Assembly (NCBI GenBank): GCA_964632305.1
Contig: CAZWBR010000013.1
Span: 483 to 64,482 of the forward strand
From: an uncultured Prolixibacteraceae bacterium
GTDB lineage: Bacteria; Bacteroidota; Bacteroidia; Bacteroidales; Prolixibacteraceae
DNA length: 64,000 nt
Reading direction: 5' to 3'
Below the pieces are notes generated by a model that was not told the DNA's origin, did not search any database, and worked only from the letters and a program-made list of their open reading frames with translations. A program made the position numbers and the translations under genes. The stretch's first letter is position 1; each line of letters opens with the position of its first letter. Below, in pieces: positions 37,981 to 48,141 of this stretch.

Positions 37981-38838
37981 ATGGAACAGAATTTTTTTGT
38001 AAAGGCTCACGGGCTGGGAAATGAGTATATTACATTGGATCAGGAGAATATAAATTTTAAGCTGACCAAGGAAAAGATTATTCAGTTGTGCAATATCCAT
38101 TTCGGGATTGGTACGGACGGGGTATTACTGAAGGTGCCCAGTGAAAAGGCCGATTTCGGGGTCCGCATCCTGAATCCTGACGGGTCGGAGGCAGAAAAGA
38201 GCGGGAATGGCTTGCGGATTTTTGCCAAGTATATCTTTGATTGGGGTTTTACCCAAAAGGAACATTTCACGATTGAGACTTTAGGGGGCATTGTGACGGC
38301 TCATATCATCGAGAAGCGAAACGGTAAAGCGTTTATGATCAAGGTTGATATGGGGAAAGCCATCTTTCAGTCCGATCTGATCCCGGTTAAGTTTCCGAAG
38401 GAGGAGTGTTTCGGGGAGATCCTGAAGATTGAAGATAAAGAGTTTTTGATGCATTGCGTTTCGGTAGGAAACCCGCATTGCGTGATCTTAAAGGATGACC
38501 TGGATGAAGCCGAGATAAAGAAATACGGGACTTTTATCGAGAATCACCCGATGTTTCCGAACCGGATCAACGTCCAGTTTGTTAAGGTGTTGTCCAGGAA
38601 TGAAGTTCAGGTGCTGATCTGGGAGCGGGGGGCCGGGTTCACGCTGGCTTCGGGCAGCTCGTCGAGCGCGGTGGCCTGTGCCATGGTTAAGAAAGGGTTG
38701 ACCGACCGGAACCTGACCGTAAAAATGCCGGGCGGAGAATTGAAGCTGGAGATTGACGAGAACTGGGACATCCGCATGACCGGTGAGGTTAGGGAAGTAG
38801 CTTACGGAAAGTTGAGCGATGAACTGTTTGTTCCCTGA
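37981..38838 (+). CDS. Diaminopimelate epimerase homologue with both catalytic Cys replaced by Ser
   Basis: 285-aa ORF with the DapF-fold motifs 'HGLGNEY', 'NPDGSEAEKSGNGLR', 'GNPHCV' and 'ERGAGFTLASGSSSSAV'. E. coli DapF has QCGNGAR and QACGSGA at the two active-site positions. Confidence 0.75.
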   Translation: MEQNFFVKAHGLGNEYITLDQENINFKLTKEKIIQLCNIHFGIGTDGVLLKVPSEKADFGVRILNPDGSEAEKSGNGLRIFAKYIFDWGFTQKEHFTIETLGGIVTAHIIEKRNGKAFMIKVDMGKAIFQSDLIPVKFPKEECFGEILKIEDKEFLMHCVSVGNPHCVILKDDLDEAEIKKYGTFIENHPMFPNRINVQFVKVLSRNEVQVLIWERGAGFTLASGSSSSAVACAMVKKGLTDRNLTVKMPGGELKLEIDENWDIRMTGEVREVAYGKLSDELFVP

Positions 38839-38888
38839 AAACTTTTTCTAAAAATCGTTAACTTTGCAGCTCCTTAAAAATTAGTGTT

Positions 38889-40154
38889 ATGACTGAGAAG
38901 AAACTTCCTTTTACCAAAGAAGAATTAGAGAAGATCATCGAGCAATACCCTACCCCATTTCATATTTACGACGAAAAAGGGATGCGCGAATATGCCAGAC
39001 GTTTTATAAAGGCATTTTCATGGAACCCCGGTTTTAAAGAATATTACGCCATTAAGGCAGCCCCGAACCCCTATCTGATGAAGATCCTTCGCAACGAAGG
39101 ATTCGGGATCGACTGCAGTTCTGTTGCAGAATTGGAACTGGCCGAGAGGGTTGGAATGCGCGGAGAGGAAATCATGTTTACCTCGAACGATACTCCTGAT
39201 TATGAGTTTCAAAAAGCCATTGAACTGGGAGCAATCATCAATCTGGATGATATTGCCCATATCGATTATCTTGAGAAATGTGCCGGGTTGCCGGAACTGG
39301 TTTGTTTCCGTTATAACCCCGGTGCGCTGAAAGAGGGTAACGCGATTATCGGTCATCCTGAAGAGGCCAAATATGGTTTTACCCGTGAGCAGCTTTTTGA
39401 GGGTTACCGTACCTTAATGGCGAAAGGGGTTAAGCGGTTCGGTATTCATACGATGGTGGCATCGAATGAACTGGATCCTGAATATTTTGTTGAGACAGCC
39501 CACATCCTTTTTGATTTGATCGTGGAATTAAATCAAAAACTGGGTATCCGTTTCGAGTTTGCCAACCTTGGAGGAGGTATTGGCATTCCTTATAAACCCG
39601 ATCAGACCGCGGTCGATTTGGAGAGGATGAGCGCCGGAATCCAGGAGGTTTACAATAAACTGATCGTTGGCAACGGTCTCGATCCGCTGAAAATCTTTTT
39701 TGAGTCAGGTCGTGCCATTACCGGGCCTTACGGGTTTCTGGTCTCGAAAGTCCTTCATATAAAAAATACTTATAAGAAATACGCTGGCCTCGATTCGTGC
39801 ATGGCCAACCTGATGCGTCCGGCGCTGTACGGATCGTATCATCATATCTCAATACCCGGTAAAGAAGGGGAGACGGTTAAGATCATGTATGATGTCACGG
39901 GTTCTTTGTGTGAGAACAACGATAAGTTTGCCATTAACCGGGTGCTTCCCAAATTAGCGCCGGGGGATATTGTGGTTATTCATGATGCCGGGGCTCACGG
40001 TCATGCCATGGGATTTAACTACAATGGGAAACTTCGTTCGGCCGAGCTGCTTCGTCGCGAAAACGGAGAAGTGGTCGAGATCCGTCGGGCTGAGACACTG
40101 GAAGATTATTTCGCCACCCTCGATTTTAACGGGATAGGAAATTTTACAGTTTAA
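38889..40154 (+). CDS. lysA: Diaminopimelate decarboxylase (type III PLP / alanine-racemase fold)
   Basis: 421-aa ORF with 'TPFHIYDE', the PLP-lysine context 'YYAIKAAPN' and the C-terminal 'GAHGHAMGFNYNG'. The gene neighbours dapL and the dapF-like gene. Confidence 0.75.
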   Translation: MTEKKLPFTKEELEKIIEQYPTPFHIYDEKGMREYARRFIKAFSWNPGFKEYYAIKAAPNPYLMKILRNEGFGIDCSSVAELELAERVGMRGEEIMFTSNDTPDYEFQKAIELGAIINLDDIAHIDYLEKCAGLPELVCFRYNPGALKEGNAIIGHPEEAKYGFTREQLFEGYRTLMAKGVKRFGIHTMVASNELDPEYFVETAHILFDLIVELNQKLGIRFEFANLGGGIGIPYKPDQTAVDLERMSAGIQEVYNKLIVGNGLDPLKIFFESGRAITGPYGFLVSKVLHIKNTYKKYAGLDSCMANLMRPALYGSYHHISIPGKEGETVKIMYDVTGSLCENNDKFAINRVLPKLAPGDIVVIHDAGAHGHAMGFNYNGKLRSAELLRRENGEVVEIRRAETLEDYFATLDFNGIGNFTV

Positions 40155-40171
40155 CTCAATCAACGATTGCC

Positions 40172-40741
40172 ATGGAATTTACGAATGATCTGAATAAAGC
40201 ACTGGAAGTGCTTCGCACGGGAGGTGTTTTACTTTACCCCACCGATACGATTTGGGGGATTGGCTGTGATGCAACCAATGCAGAAGCTGTTGCGCGGATT
40301 TATAGGATCAAACAGCGTGAAGATTCCAAGAGCATGTTGGTATTGCTTGAAAATCCCAACCTGTTGAATTCTTATGTCGATGAGGTCCCGGAGATTGCCT
40401 GGCAGTTGATCGATGTGGCGGATAAGCCGATGACCATCATCTATCCCGGGGCAAAAAATCTGGCCCCGAACCTGATTGCCGCCGATAGAAGTATAGGCAT
40501 CCGGATTACGGCTGAGCCGTTTACCGAAGAGCTGATCCGGCGTTTTCGCAAGCCTATTGTTTCGACCTCGGCCAATATCAGCGGACAACCTTCGCCTCAG
40601 AATTTCTCAGAGATAAGTGAGGAGATCAGGAAGGCGGTCGATTATATCGTTGAATACCGGCAGGACGAAATGGGGAAGGCTCATCCCTCAAGTATCCTAA
40701 AGGTCGGAACGGGAGGAGAGATCGAAATAATCAGAAAATAG
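40172..40741 (+). CDS. tsaC: L-threonylcarbamoyladenylate synthase (YrdC/TsaC domain)
   Basis: 189-aa ORF with 'LLYPTDTIWGIGCDA' and 'VSTSANISGQP'. Confidence 0.8.
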   Translation: MEFTNDLNKALEVLRTGGVLLYPTDTIWGIGCDATNAEAVARIYRIKQREDSKSMLVLLENPNLLNSYVDEVPEIAWQLIDVADKPMTIIYPGAKNLAPNLIAADRSIGIRITAEPFTEELIRRFRKPIVSTSANISGQPSPQNFSEISEEIRKAVDYIVEYRQDEMGKAHPSSILKVGTGGEIEIIRK

Positions 40742-40751
40742 AAATAAAAAA

Positions 40752-40775
40752 AGCCCGCCGAGAGACGGGCTTTTC
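40752..40775. terminator. Terminator-like hairpin between tsaC (+) and the DUF2807 gene (-)
   Basis: AGCCCG..CGGGCT stem with an A-run before and a T-run after. Confidence 0.55.
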
Positions 40776-40792
40776 TGTTTCTATGCCGGATA

Positions 40793-41506
40793 TTAACGTT
40801 CTTCTTTTACGCTGCCCGAACCGGCAACGCTTGAATCGACACTGGGGTTTCCGCGGTAGATGACATTACCTGAGCCGGCAATCTTAGCGGTCAGGTTTTC
40901 GGTAGCTTGCACGTAGCAGTTACCTGAACCGGCAATTTTTACATCAACTTTTTTGGCGGGGAAGTCAATGGCCTTGACATTTCCCGAGCCTGAGACGATC
41001 GCTTTAAGTTCTGCCGCCGGCTGTTTCCCGGCAATATTGACGCTCCCCGATCCTGAAAGGGTTGCTGAGAATTTTTCAGTCTGGAGCTCTCCAATCTTAA
41101 CTGAACCACTTCCGCTTAAGGCGACCTCTAGAATCAATGTTTCTATCTTGCTGTCGGCAATGATAGAGCCTGATCCCGACAGGGACAATCCGTCGATTTG
41201 CGGCATGGTGATATAGACTTCAACCTCTCCCGGGTTCCAATTGTTTTTAAACCACGATTCGCTTGGATAGCGGATAATCAATTTCCGGTCCTTAACCTCG
41301 GTAATCAGTTTTTCGAGGGTGCTTTCCTTGGCCTTAACAGAAACGGACGGGGTTTTCCCCTGGGTTAATATGACTTTAGCGTCATTCCGGAGGGAAACTT
41401 CCGTGAAAGCGGAGACATCGCGTTTTTCCGTCTTCTGGGCTAATGCAAATTGTTGCCCAAAAAAGAGGAGCATGATCAACATCGGGATAATACGTATTTT
41501 CATCAT
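40793..41506 (-). CDS. DUF2807 / head GIN domain-containing secreted protein
   Basis: 237-aa ORF with a signal peptide and repeated 'SGSGSV/ AGSGN' beta-helix-like units. Confidence 0.7.
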   Translation of the reverse strand: MMKIRIIPMLIMLLFFGQQFALAQKTEKRDVSAFTEVSLRNDAKVILTQGKTPSVSVKAKESTLEKLITEVKDRKLIIRYPSESWFKNNWNPGEVEVYITMPQIDGLSLSGSGSIIADSKIETLILEVALSGSGSVKIGELQTEKFSATLSGSGSVNIAGKQPAAELKAIVSGSGNVKAIDFPAKKVDVKIAGSGNCYVQATENLTAKIAGSGNVIYRGNPSVDSSVAGSGSVKEER

Positions 41507-41571
41507 TTGAGATTTTAGTTTCTTGATACAATGACGAACAACTCTATCAAAAGTTGCACCAAAAATGTTTT

Positions 41572-42111
41572 TTATTCCAGATAAAGCTCGATTAGTCCTT
41601 CCGGACAGTCAAGGAATAATTCCTGTTTATCTTCATTGATTTGTTCTATAATGTTGTCCGACAGTGGAATTAGTATTTCGGAGCGGGGATGGTTTACCGT
41701 AATGACAATATTGCCGGCATAATCGTCGATTCCGACTACAGGGCCCAGTTTCCCCATTTTTTTATCAAAGACCATGAAGCCGTCCAGGTAGGAAAGGGGG
41801 TTCATTTCCTCCGGTTCGATGATCTCCTCATTGGGAATATATACTTTACATCCGATCAATTCTTTGACCTTATCCTGACTCTCAAGATCTTCAAACAGGA
41901 TGATGGCGCTGTCGGAAGTACGGAACCGGAGGCCATCCTCCCCGATAAAGAAAGGAACGAGGCCACCTTCGATTTCCACGAATAGTATTTCAGCCTCTTC
42001 GAGGGATTCTTCGAGGTTTTCGTCGTAAAGCAGGATGATTTCACCTTTTAATCCATGGGGTTTCTGAATCGTGCCGATCGGTGTAAAGTCTTTTTTTTCA
42101 ATTGGTTTCAT
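41572..42111 (-). CDS. rimM: 16S rRNA processing protein RimM
   Basis: 179-aa ORF with 'GTIQKPHGLKGEI' at the N-terminus. It lies downstream of rpsP. Confidence 0.85.
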   Translation of the reverse strand: MKPIEKKDFTPIGTIQKPHGLKGEIILLYDENLEESLEEAEILFVEIEGGLVPFFIGEDGLRFRTSDSAIILFEDLESQDKVKELIGCKVYIPNEEIIEPEEMNPLSYLDGFMVFDKKMGKLGPVVGIDDYAGNIVITVNHPRSEILIPLSDNIIEQINEDKQELFLDCPEGLIELYLE

Positions 42112-42154
42112 TGGACATTTCTTAATGCGGGTCTTTGTACAAAGATATAAAGAT

Positions 42155-42190
42155 AAATAAAAAGGCGGTGGTTATTCAACCATCGCCTTT
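42155..42190 (-). terminator. Terminator or attenuator hairpin between rpsP and rimM
   Basis: The minus strand reads AAGGCGATGG-TTGAATAA-CCACCGCCTT followed by TTTTATTT. Confidence 0.55.
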
Positions 42191-42237
42191 TATGATCTTC
42201 GACCCGTTGAAATAGCGGGACCCAAGAAGGTGATTTT

Positions 42238-42774
42238 TTATGCTTCAGTGGTTTCTTCAGCAGCTTCTGCTTCACCGGCAGCTTCTTCTTTTGCAGCGAC
42301 AGCTTCAGCAGCGGCGGCAGCGTTTTTCTTGGCAATTTCTGCCAAACGGTCTTCATTGACTTTAGCTTCAGCTTTCAGTCGTGCTTTTTTCTCTTCAGCA
42401 GAGGTAGCCGACAAGCTGTCTTTCTTAGCCTGGATCTTAGCTTCTTTTGAAGTCAACCAAGCCTGGAATCTCTTTTCAGCTTCTGCTTCGTCGAATGCTC
42501 CTTTTTTAACTCCTTCCAAAAGGTGTTTTTTCATCATCACGCCCTTGGTCGATAAAATCGTACGGGCAGTGTCTGTGGGTTGAGCACCTTTGTTGAGCCA
42601 GCTTAAGGCTTTCTCGAAGTCAAGATCGATGGTAGCAGGATTAGTGTTGGGATTGAATGAACCGATCCTTTCAATAAACCTACCATCTCGTGGTGCCCTG
42701 CTGTTTGCTACCACGATGTGGTAGTAGGCATGTTGTTTGCGGCCATGCCTTGCCAAGCGAATCTTTACTGGCAT
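42238..42774 (-). CDS. rpsP: 30S ribosomal protein S16 with A/E/K-rich C-terminal extension
   Basis: '[35 protein letters not shown]' is canonical S16. It is followed by an extra low-complexity tail of about 90 aa. Confidence 0.95.
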   Translation of the reverse strand: MPVKIRLARHGRKQHAYYHIVVANSRAPRDGRFIERIGSFNPNTNPATIDLDFEKALSWLNKGAQPTDTARTILSTKGVMMKKHLLEGVKKGAFDEAEAEKRFQAWLTSKEAKIQAKKDSLSATSAEEKKARLKAEAKVNEDRLAEIAKKNAAAAAEAVAAKEEAAGEAEAAEETTEA

Positions 42775-42817
42775 AACGTTTTACTGTTATTAATTGATAA
42801 AATAAAATTTTGCGCTG

Positions 42818-42825
42818 CAAATTTA
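42818..42825 (-). promoter_or_regulatory. Candidate Bacteroidota -7 promoter box (TAnnTTTG) upstream of rpsP
   Basis: The minus strand reads TAAATTTG about 45 nt upstream of the rpsP ATG. Motif match only. Confidence 0.35.
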
Positions 42826-43046
42826 CAATATTAATTCAGATAAAAAAGAATAGTTTTGCATTTTAAACTGCATAGAATCAATTCGTCGGGGGGAAGGGCG
42901 TGCAAATAGTTTTTTTTGCAAAAATAATATTCAAAGCGCAACCTTTCCTATGAAGTTTCCGTCTTAAACTTTTGGGACGTTTATCGATTGTTTGATTCAG
43001 GCCTGAGATTAATTACGAACCATTATATTAACTATAAAGAAAGATT

Positions 43047-43733
43047 ATGAGAAAGATTACTTTGAAACTGGGATTTTTTATTGTGTCAACTGCCTTATTA
43101 CTATCCGGATGTAACAAAGATGATGATTCGATACAGATGTATGGAGATACTTTTGTCCGTTCAGTCATGGTGGATGGGGCTGTGGCTTACGGGGTTATTC
43201 AGAATGTTGTGAGTACCAGTGCGATTGATACCGCTACAGTGACATGCGCTGAAGGGATATTGGGATTGAAAAGATATGACGTTTCGAGATTATCTTATTA
43301 CAATGAGCCCGCTTTGGGAGAATATGAATCACTTCCGCCATCAGCAGGTACTTATTCGTACAACGTTAAATTCACCGATGGCAGGGAGATAACGACTTCA
43401 AACAGTATCACTCCCCCTTTTGTATTGCCGGCCCAGAATGTGCAGGTCTCCTATGTGGTCGTAGACAGTACGCCAAAGATCAAACTGGTTTGGGATGCCG
43501 TGGATAATGTGGATGCTTACACAATCAAGGTAACCAGTGGGTCTACGGTTATTTACACAACAACGGGTACAATTGATGAGGGAGAAGACGGGGAATTATT
43601 GTACCCCATTGCGATATTTTCTGCGTATACCCCGGGAACGGTAGACTTTGAGATTATGGCTGTTGATTATGAATCGACAAGCTATAATATTAATTCAATC
43701 AGCGTAGCAACAACTTCACTGCAGTTGGATTAA
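43047..43733 (+). CDS. Hypothetical lipoprotein
   Basis: 228-aa ORF with a lipobox (LLSGC) and a beta-rich sequence. No catalytic motif recognised. Confidence 0.5.
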   Translation: MRKITLKLGFFIVSTALLLSGCNKDDDSIQMYGDTFVRSVMVDGAVAYGVIQNVVSTSAIDTATVTCAEGILGLKRYDVSRLSYYNEPALGEYESLPPSAGTYSYNVKFTDGREITTSNSITPPFVLPAQNVQVSYVVVDSTPKIKLVWDAVDNVDAYTIKVTSGSTVIYTTTGTIDEGEDGELLYPIAIFSAYTPGTVDFEIMAVDYESTSYNINSISVATTSLQLD

Positions 43734-43760
43734 TTTTACAGGGTTTTTTTATAAAAGAAA

Positions 43761-43790
43761 AGGCATCCTTCGGGATGCCTTTTCTTTTTC
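43761..43790 (+). terminator. Intrinsic terminator after the lipoprotein gene 43047..43733
   Basis: AGGCATCC-TTCG-GGATGCCT followed by a T-rich run. Confidence 0.7.
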
Positions 43791-43939
43791 TGTGAGGTGA
43801 TTAAGCCGGTTTTAGGTTGGGAAAGGTGCCTTTGTTGATAAAAATTAATTTGTGCGGAAAACTCTAAATACTATCTTTAACGTTGCTTCTTTTTTATTGA
43901 GAGAGGTCGTTTTTGATCATTAAGTCAACAGGTTTTAAT

Positions 43940-46900
43940 ATGACACCCTTTATCCATTTACATGTTCACAGTCAATATTCGATTCTTGACGGCGCCGCCA
44001 GCGTCCCCGGCTTGGTAAAAAAAGCCAAGGGGGATGGCATGACCGCGATCGCGCTCACCGATCATGGTTCCATGTTCGGGATCAAGGAGTTTCACGAGAC
44101 CTGTAAGAAGAACGGGGTGAAACCTATTCTTGGGGTAGAGACCTATGTGGCTGCCCGAGGGATTCATTTTAAAGACAAGAACGAAAAAGATGACCGTTCG
44201 GGCGATCACCTGATCCTGTTGGCCAAAAACGAGAAGGGCTACCGCAACCTGCTGAAGCTGGTCTCTATTGCCAACACCGAAGGCTTTTATTACAAGCCCA
44301 GGATCGATAAATCATTGTTGGAAAAATATAACGAAGGGCTTATTGTTTCCTCGGCCTGTCTGGGAGGGGAAATTCCCCAGTTGATCATGAAGGGTGATAT
44401 CACGGCAGCTGAGGAGGCTGTTCTGTGGTACAAAAATATTTTCGGTGACGATTATTATTTGGAATTGCAACGTCATAAGGCGGAAGATCCCCAGCAAAGA
44501 GCTGAGATTTACGATAATCAGGTGTTGGTGAATAGTGCGATCCTGAAGCTAGCCGCAAAGTATCAGGTAAAAGTAATCGCCACCAACGACGTGCATTTTA
44601 TCAATGAGGAGGATGCCGAGGCGCACGACCTGTTGATCTGCCTCAATACCGGCAAAGATCTGGACGATCCGACCCGGATGCGTTATACGCGTCAGGAATG
44701 GTTTAAGACCACCGGCGAGATGAACGATCTCTTCTCGGATATCCCGGAAGCGTTGTCCAATACCAATGAGATTGTTGATAAGGTTGAGTTCTATGAACTG
44801 GATACGACCCCGATCATGCCGGAGTTCCCCATCCCGGCTGAATTCGGGACGATGGATGAGTACCTCGAAAAATATGACGAAGCCTCACTGATCGAAGAGT
44901 TTGGCGAGAAGAAATTTCATGACCTGGGAGGCTATTCCAAGGTTCTGCGGATCAAATACGAGGCCGATTATTTACAATCGTTGGTCTATAAGGGGGCTAA
45001 GGAACGATATGGCGACCAGTTTAGTGGCGATGTGCAGGAACGCATCGACTTCGAGCTGAATGTGATTAAAACCATGGGTTTCCCCGGATACTTCCTTATC
45101 GTCCAGGATTTTATTAACGCGGCCCGTGCGATGGGCGTAATTGTAGGCCCGGGGCGTGGATCGGCGGCCGGTTCAGCGGTGGCCTATTCGAGCGGGATCA
45201 CCAATGTCGATCCCATCAAGTACGATCTGCTGTTCGAACGTTTCCTTAATCCCGACCGTATCTCGATGCCCGATATTGATATCGACTTCGATGATGATGG
45301 CCGGCAGATGGTCCTGGATTGGGTAAAGGAGAAATACGGGCGTGATAAAGTGGCCCATATCTGTACTTTCGGAACGATGGCCGCCAAGATGGCCATCCGC
45401 GATGTGGCCCGTGTGCTGCGACTACCTTTGCCCGAAGCCGACCGGCTGGCTAAGATGGTCCCCGAAACCCCTAAAATTACCCTCGAAAAAGCATATAAGG
45501 AAAATCCGGAGTTAGAGAACGAGAAAAAGTCGGGCAATCCTTTGATTGTTAAGACGATGAAGTTGGCTGAGACACTCGAGGGTTGTGTCCGCCAGTATGG
45601 TGTTCATGCCTGCGGGGTCCTTATCGGACGCGATCCATTGGATATGCATATCCCGCTGATGCCAACCAAAGATGAAGATCTGCTGACTACCCAATACGAC
45701 GGCCACTTCGTTGAGGCCATCGGGTTGTTGAAGATGGACTTCCTCGGATTGAAAACCCTTTCCATTATCAAGGAGTGTCTGGAGAATATCCGTCTCTCCC
45801 GTAAGATAGACCTCGATATCAATAAAGTCCCGGTCGACGATGAAGAGACCTTCAAGCTCTTCAGCCGCGGAGACACCACCGCCATCTTCCAGTTCGAATC
45901 GCCCGGGATGAAAAAATGGTTACGCCTGCTGCAACCTAACCGGTTCGAAGACCTGGTGGCCATGAATGCCCTCTACCGTCCGGGGCCGATGGACTATATC
46001 CCCAATTACGTTAACCGTAAGCATGGCCGCGAAGAGATTATCTACGATCACCCGATGATGGAGACCTATCTTAAGGACACCTACGGGATTACGGTCTTCC
46101 AGGAGCAGGTGATGTTACTCTCCCGGTCGCTCGGTCTCTTTACCCGCGGCGAATCGGATACCCTTCGTAAGGCTATGGGTAAGAAGAATATCCAGTTGAT
46201 GGAGAAGCTGAAAGCCCAATTCGTCACCGGTTGTAAATCGAACCCCGAATTTATGGAAGGGTGCAAGGGGGGCGGTAAAGTAGCCGACGGACTTATCGAT
46301 AAGATATGGAAAGACTGGGAAGCCTTTGCCTCCTATGCCTTCAATAAATCGCATTCGGTCTGCTACGCCTATGTCGCCTACCAGACCGGTTATCTGAAAG
46401 CCCACTATCCGTCCGAGTTCATGGCGGCAGTGTTAAGTTGCAACCTCTCCAATTCCGATAAGATCTCCATCTTTATGGACGAATGTAACCAGATGGGGCT
46501 CCAGGTCCTGGGACCTGACGTGAATGAATCGCGTTCGAAGTTCTTCGTCAACAAGAGCGGGGGATTACGTTTCGGGATGGCGGCTATCAAGGGTGTCGGG
46601 GCGGGGGCCGTGGAGGATATACTGAAAGAACGCGACCTGAATGGCGAGTATAAATCGATCTTCGATTTTGTCGAACGGGTCAACCTGCAGTCGGCCAATA
46701 AGAAAAACCTTGAAGCGCTGGCTATGGCCGGGGCGTTCGATGGTTTCAATACGATTCACCGGGCCCAGTATTTTGCCGATAACGGCGATGGTTCTACTTT
46801 TATTGAATCCTTGATCCGGTATGGGAATAAGGTACAGGCCGAAAAAGCTTCCTCAATGGCTACCCTTTTCGGCGGAAGCCAAAGCATTGAGGTAAAGCTT

Positions 46901-47581
46901 CCGGCTATTCCCAATGTGGCCGAATGGCCCAAGATTGTGATGCTCGAAAAGGAGAAAAACCTGATCGGGATCTACCTCTCGGCCCATCCGCTGGATGATT
47001 ACCGGTTGGAAATAAATAGCTTGTGTACCAAAGATGTATCCTTGTCCGATCTGAACGAGGATATCCGCAAGATGATGAACCGCGATTTAACCTTCGCGGG
47101 AATCGTTACCGAGGCGCAGGAAGGGATCAGTAAAAACGGGAAACCCTATGCTGTGATGGTCTTGACCGATTACAACGCCTCCTGTAAAATGATGTTCTTC
47201 GGAAATGACTTTGTTTCCTTCGGGAAATATTGCCGTAAGGGACTCTTCCTGTTGGTCAAAGGGCGGGTGGCCGAGAAATGGCGGGGCAGTAATGACCTCG
47301 AGTTTAAACCGGCCAAGATAGAATTGCTTCAGGAGATAGCCGAGAAGGCCGAATCGGCCCTGATCGAGATTGAAACAGAAGCGATATCCCCCGAATTGAT
47401 CGAGGAGTTGGATCTGAAGTTAGGTCGCTCTCAGGGAAATACGGCTATCCGCTTTCTCGTTTCCGATAAGGAGTCAAGCATCAAGCTGAAGCTCTTTTCC
47501 CGAACCCGGCGAATCATGCTGACCTCTGAGATAAAAGCATATTTGCAAAATCATCCGGACATAGCATTTAGTATTAATTAA
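43940..47581 (+). CDS. dnaE: DNA polymerase III subunit alpha
   Basis: The start is set at the ATG at 43940 (MTPFIHLHVHSQYSILDGA, the PHP domain). Polymerase core 'GPGRGSAAGS' and 'DIDIDF'. C-terminal OB fold. Confidence 0.95.
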   Translation: MTPFIHLHVHSQYSILDGAASVPGLVKKAKGDGMTAIALTDHGSMFGIKEFHETCKKNGVKPILGVETYVAARGIHFKDKNEKDDRSGDHLILLAKNEKGYRNLLKLVSIANTEGFYYKPRIDKSLLEKYNEGLIVSSACLGGEIPQLIMKGDITAAEEAVLWYKNIFGDDYYLELQRHKAEDPQQRAEIYDNQVLVNSAILKLAAKYQVKVIATNDVHFINEEDAEAHDLLICLNTGKDLDDPTRMRYTRQEWFKTTGEMNDLFSDIPEALSNTNEIVDKVEFYELDTTPIMPEFPIPAEFGTMDEYLEKYDEASLIEEFGEKKFHDLGGYSKVLRIKYEADYLQSLVYKGAKERYGDQFSGDVQERIDFELNVIKTMGFPGYFLIVQDFINAARAMGVIVGPGRGSAAGSAVAYSSGITNVDPIKYDLLFERFLNPDRISMPDIDIDFDDDGRQMVLDWVKEKYGRDKVAHICTFGTMAAKMAIRDVARVLRLPLPEADRLAKMVPETPKITLEKAYKENPELENEKKSGNPLIVKTMKLAETLEGCVRQYGVHACGVLIGRDPLDMHIPLMPTKDEDLLTTQYDGHFVEAIGLLKMDFLGLKTLSIIKECLENIRLSRKIDLDINKVPVDDEETFKLFSRGDTTAIFQFESPGMKKWLRLLQPNRFEDLVAMNALYRPGPMDYIPNYVNRKHGREEIIYDHPMMETYLKDTYGITVFQEQVMLLSRSLGLFTRGESDTLRKAMGKKNIQLMEKLKAQFVTGCKSNPEFMEGCKGGGKVADGLIDKIWKDWEAFASYAFNKSHSVCYAYVAYQTGYLKAHYPSEFMAAVLSCNLSNSDKISIFMDECNQMGLQVLGPDVNESRSKFFVNKSGGLRFGMAAIKGVGAGAVEDILKERDLNGEYKSIFDFVERVNLQSANKKNLEALAMAGAFDGFNTIHRAQYFADNGDGSTFIESLIRYGNKVQAEKASSMATLFGGSQSIEVKLPAIPNVAEWPKIVMLEKEKNLIGIYLSAHPLDDYRLEINSLCTKDVSLSDLNEDIRKMMNRDLTFAGIVTEAQEGISKNGKPYAVMVLTDYNASCKMMFFGNDFVSFGKYCRKGLFLLVKGRVAEKWRGSNDLEFKPAKIELLQEIAEKAESALIEIETEAISPELIEELDLKLGRSQGNTAIRFLVSDKESSIKLKLFSRTRRIMLTSEIKAYLQNHPDIAFSIN

Positions 47582-47640
47582 TTTGTAATTTTGTTTTTCT
47601 GAAAATTCGACTTTATACAAACATTTAAAAAATATTTGTC

Positions 47641-47958
47641 ATGACTATTGAAGTTACTGATGCAAATTTCGAAGAGATTGTTCTTCAATCTGACAAGCCT
47701 GTTTTGGTTGATTTTTGGGCAGAATGGTGTGGCCCGTGCCGCATGATTGGTCCACTGGTCGCCGAGCTTTCCGAAGACTATCAGGATAGGGCGCTGGTCA
47801 CGAAAATGGATGTTGATTCAAATCCGGGAACTGCCGCCAAATTTGGGATCCGCAACATCCCGACGATCCTCTTCTTCAAGAACGGAGAGATTGCTGACAA
47901 ACAGGTGGGAGCTGTTCCTAAAACCATTTTGGCTTCCAAGATTGATGCACTTTTATAG
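47641..47958 (+). CDS. trxA: Thioredoxin
   Basis: 105-aa ORF with the active site 'WAEWCGPCR'. Confidence 0.95.
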   Translation: MTIEVTDANFEEIVLQSDKPVLVDFWAEWCGPCRMIGPLVAELSEDYQDRALVTKMDVDSNPGTAAKFGIRNIPTILFFKNGEIADKQVGAVPKTILASKIDALL

Positions 47959-47984
47959 AAAGATAACTGTTCGACATTAAAAAA

Positions 47985-48016
47985 GGCTCGGGATGATCAA
48001 CTCCCGGGCCTTTTTT
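47985..48016. terminator. Intrinsic terminator after trxA, possibly bidirectional
   Basis: GGCTCGGGA..TCCCGGGCC stem (one mismatch) flanked by an A-run upstream and TTTTTT downstream. Confidence 0.65.
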
Positions 48017-48141
48017 ATCAACTGCCCCCCTGAATTCTGTTTCACCCCCATTCTCCTCTGTCGCGATTCCAAAAGCGGAAATCGTATTATCATCTACTGA
48101 CCATCCCCCTGTTTTCACCGTTTATTCTCCGTACTTTAAAG

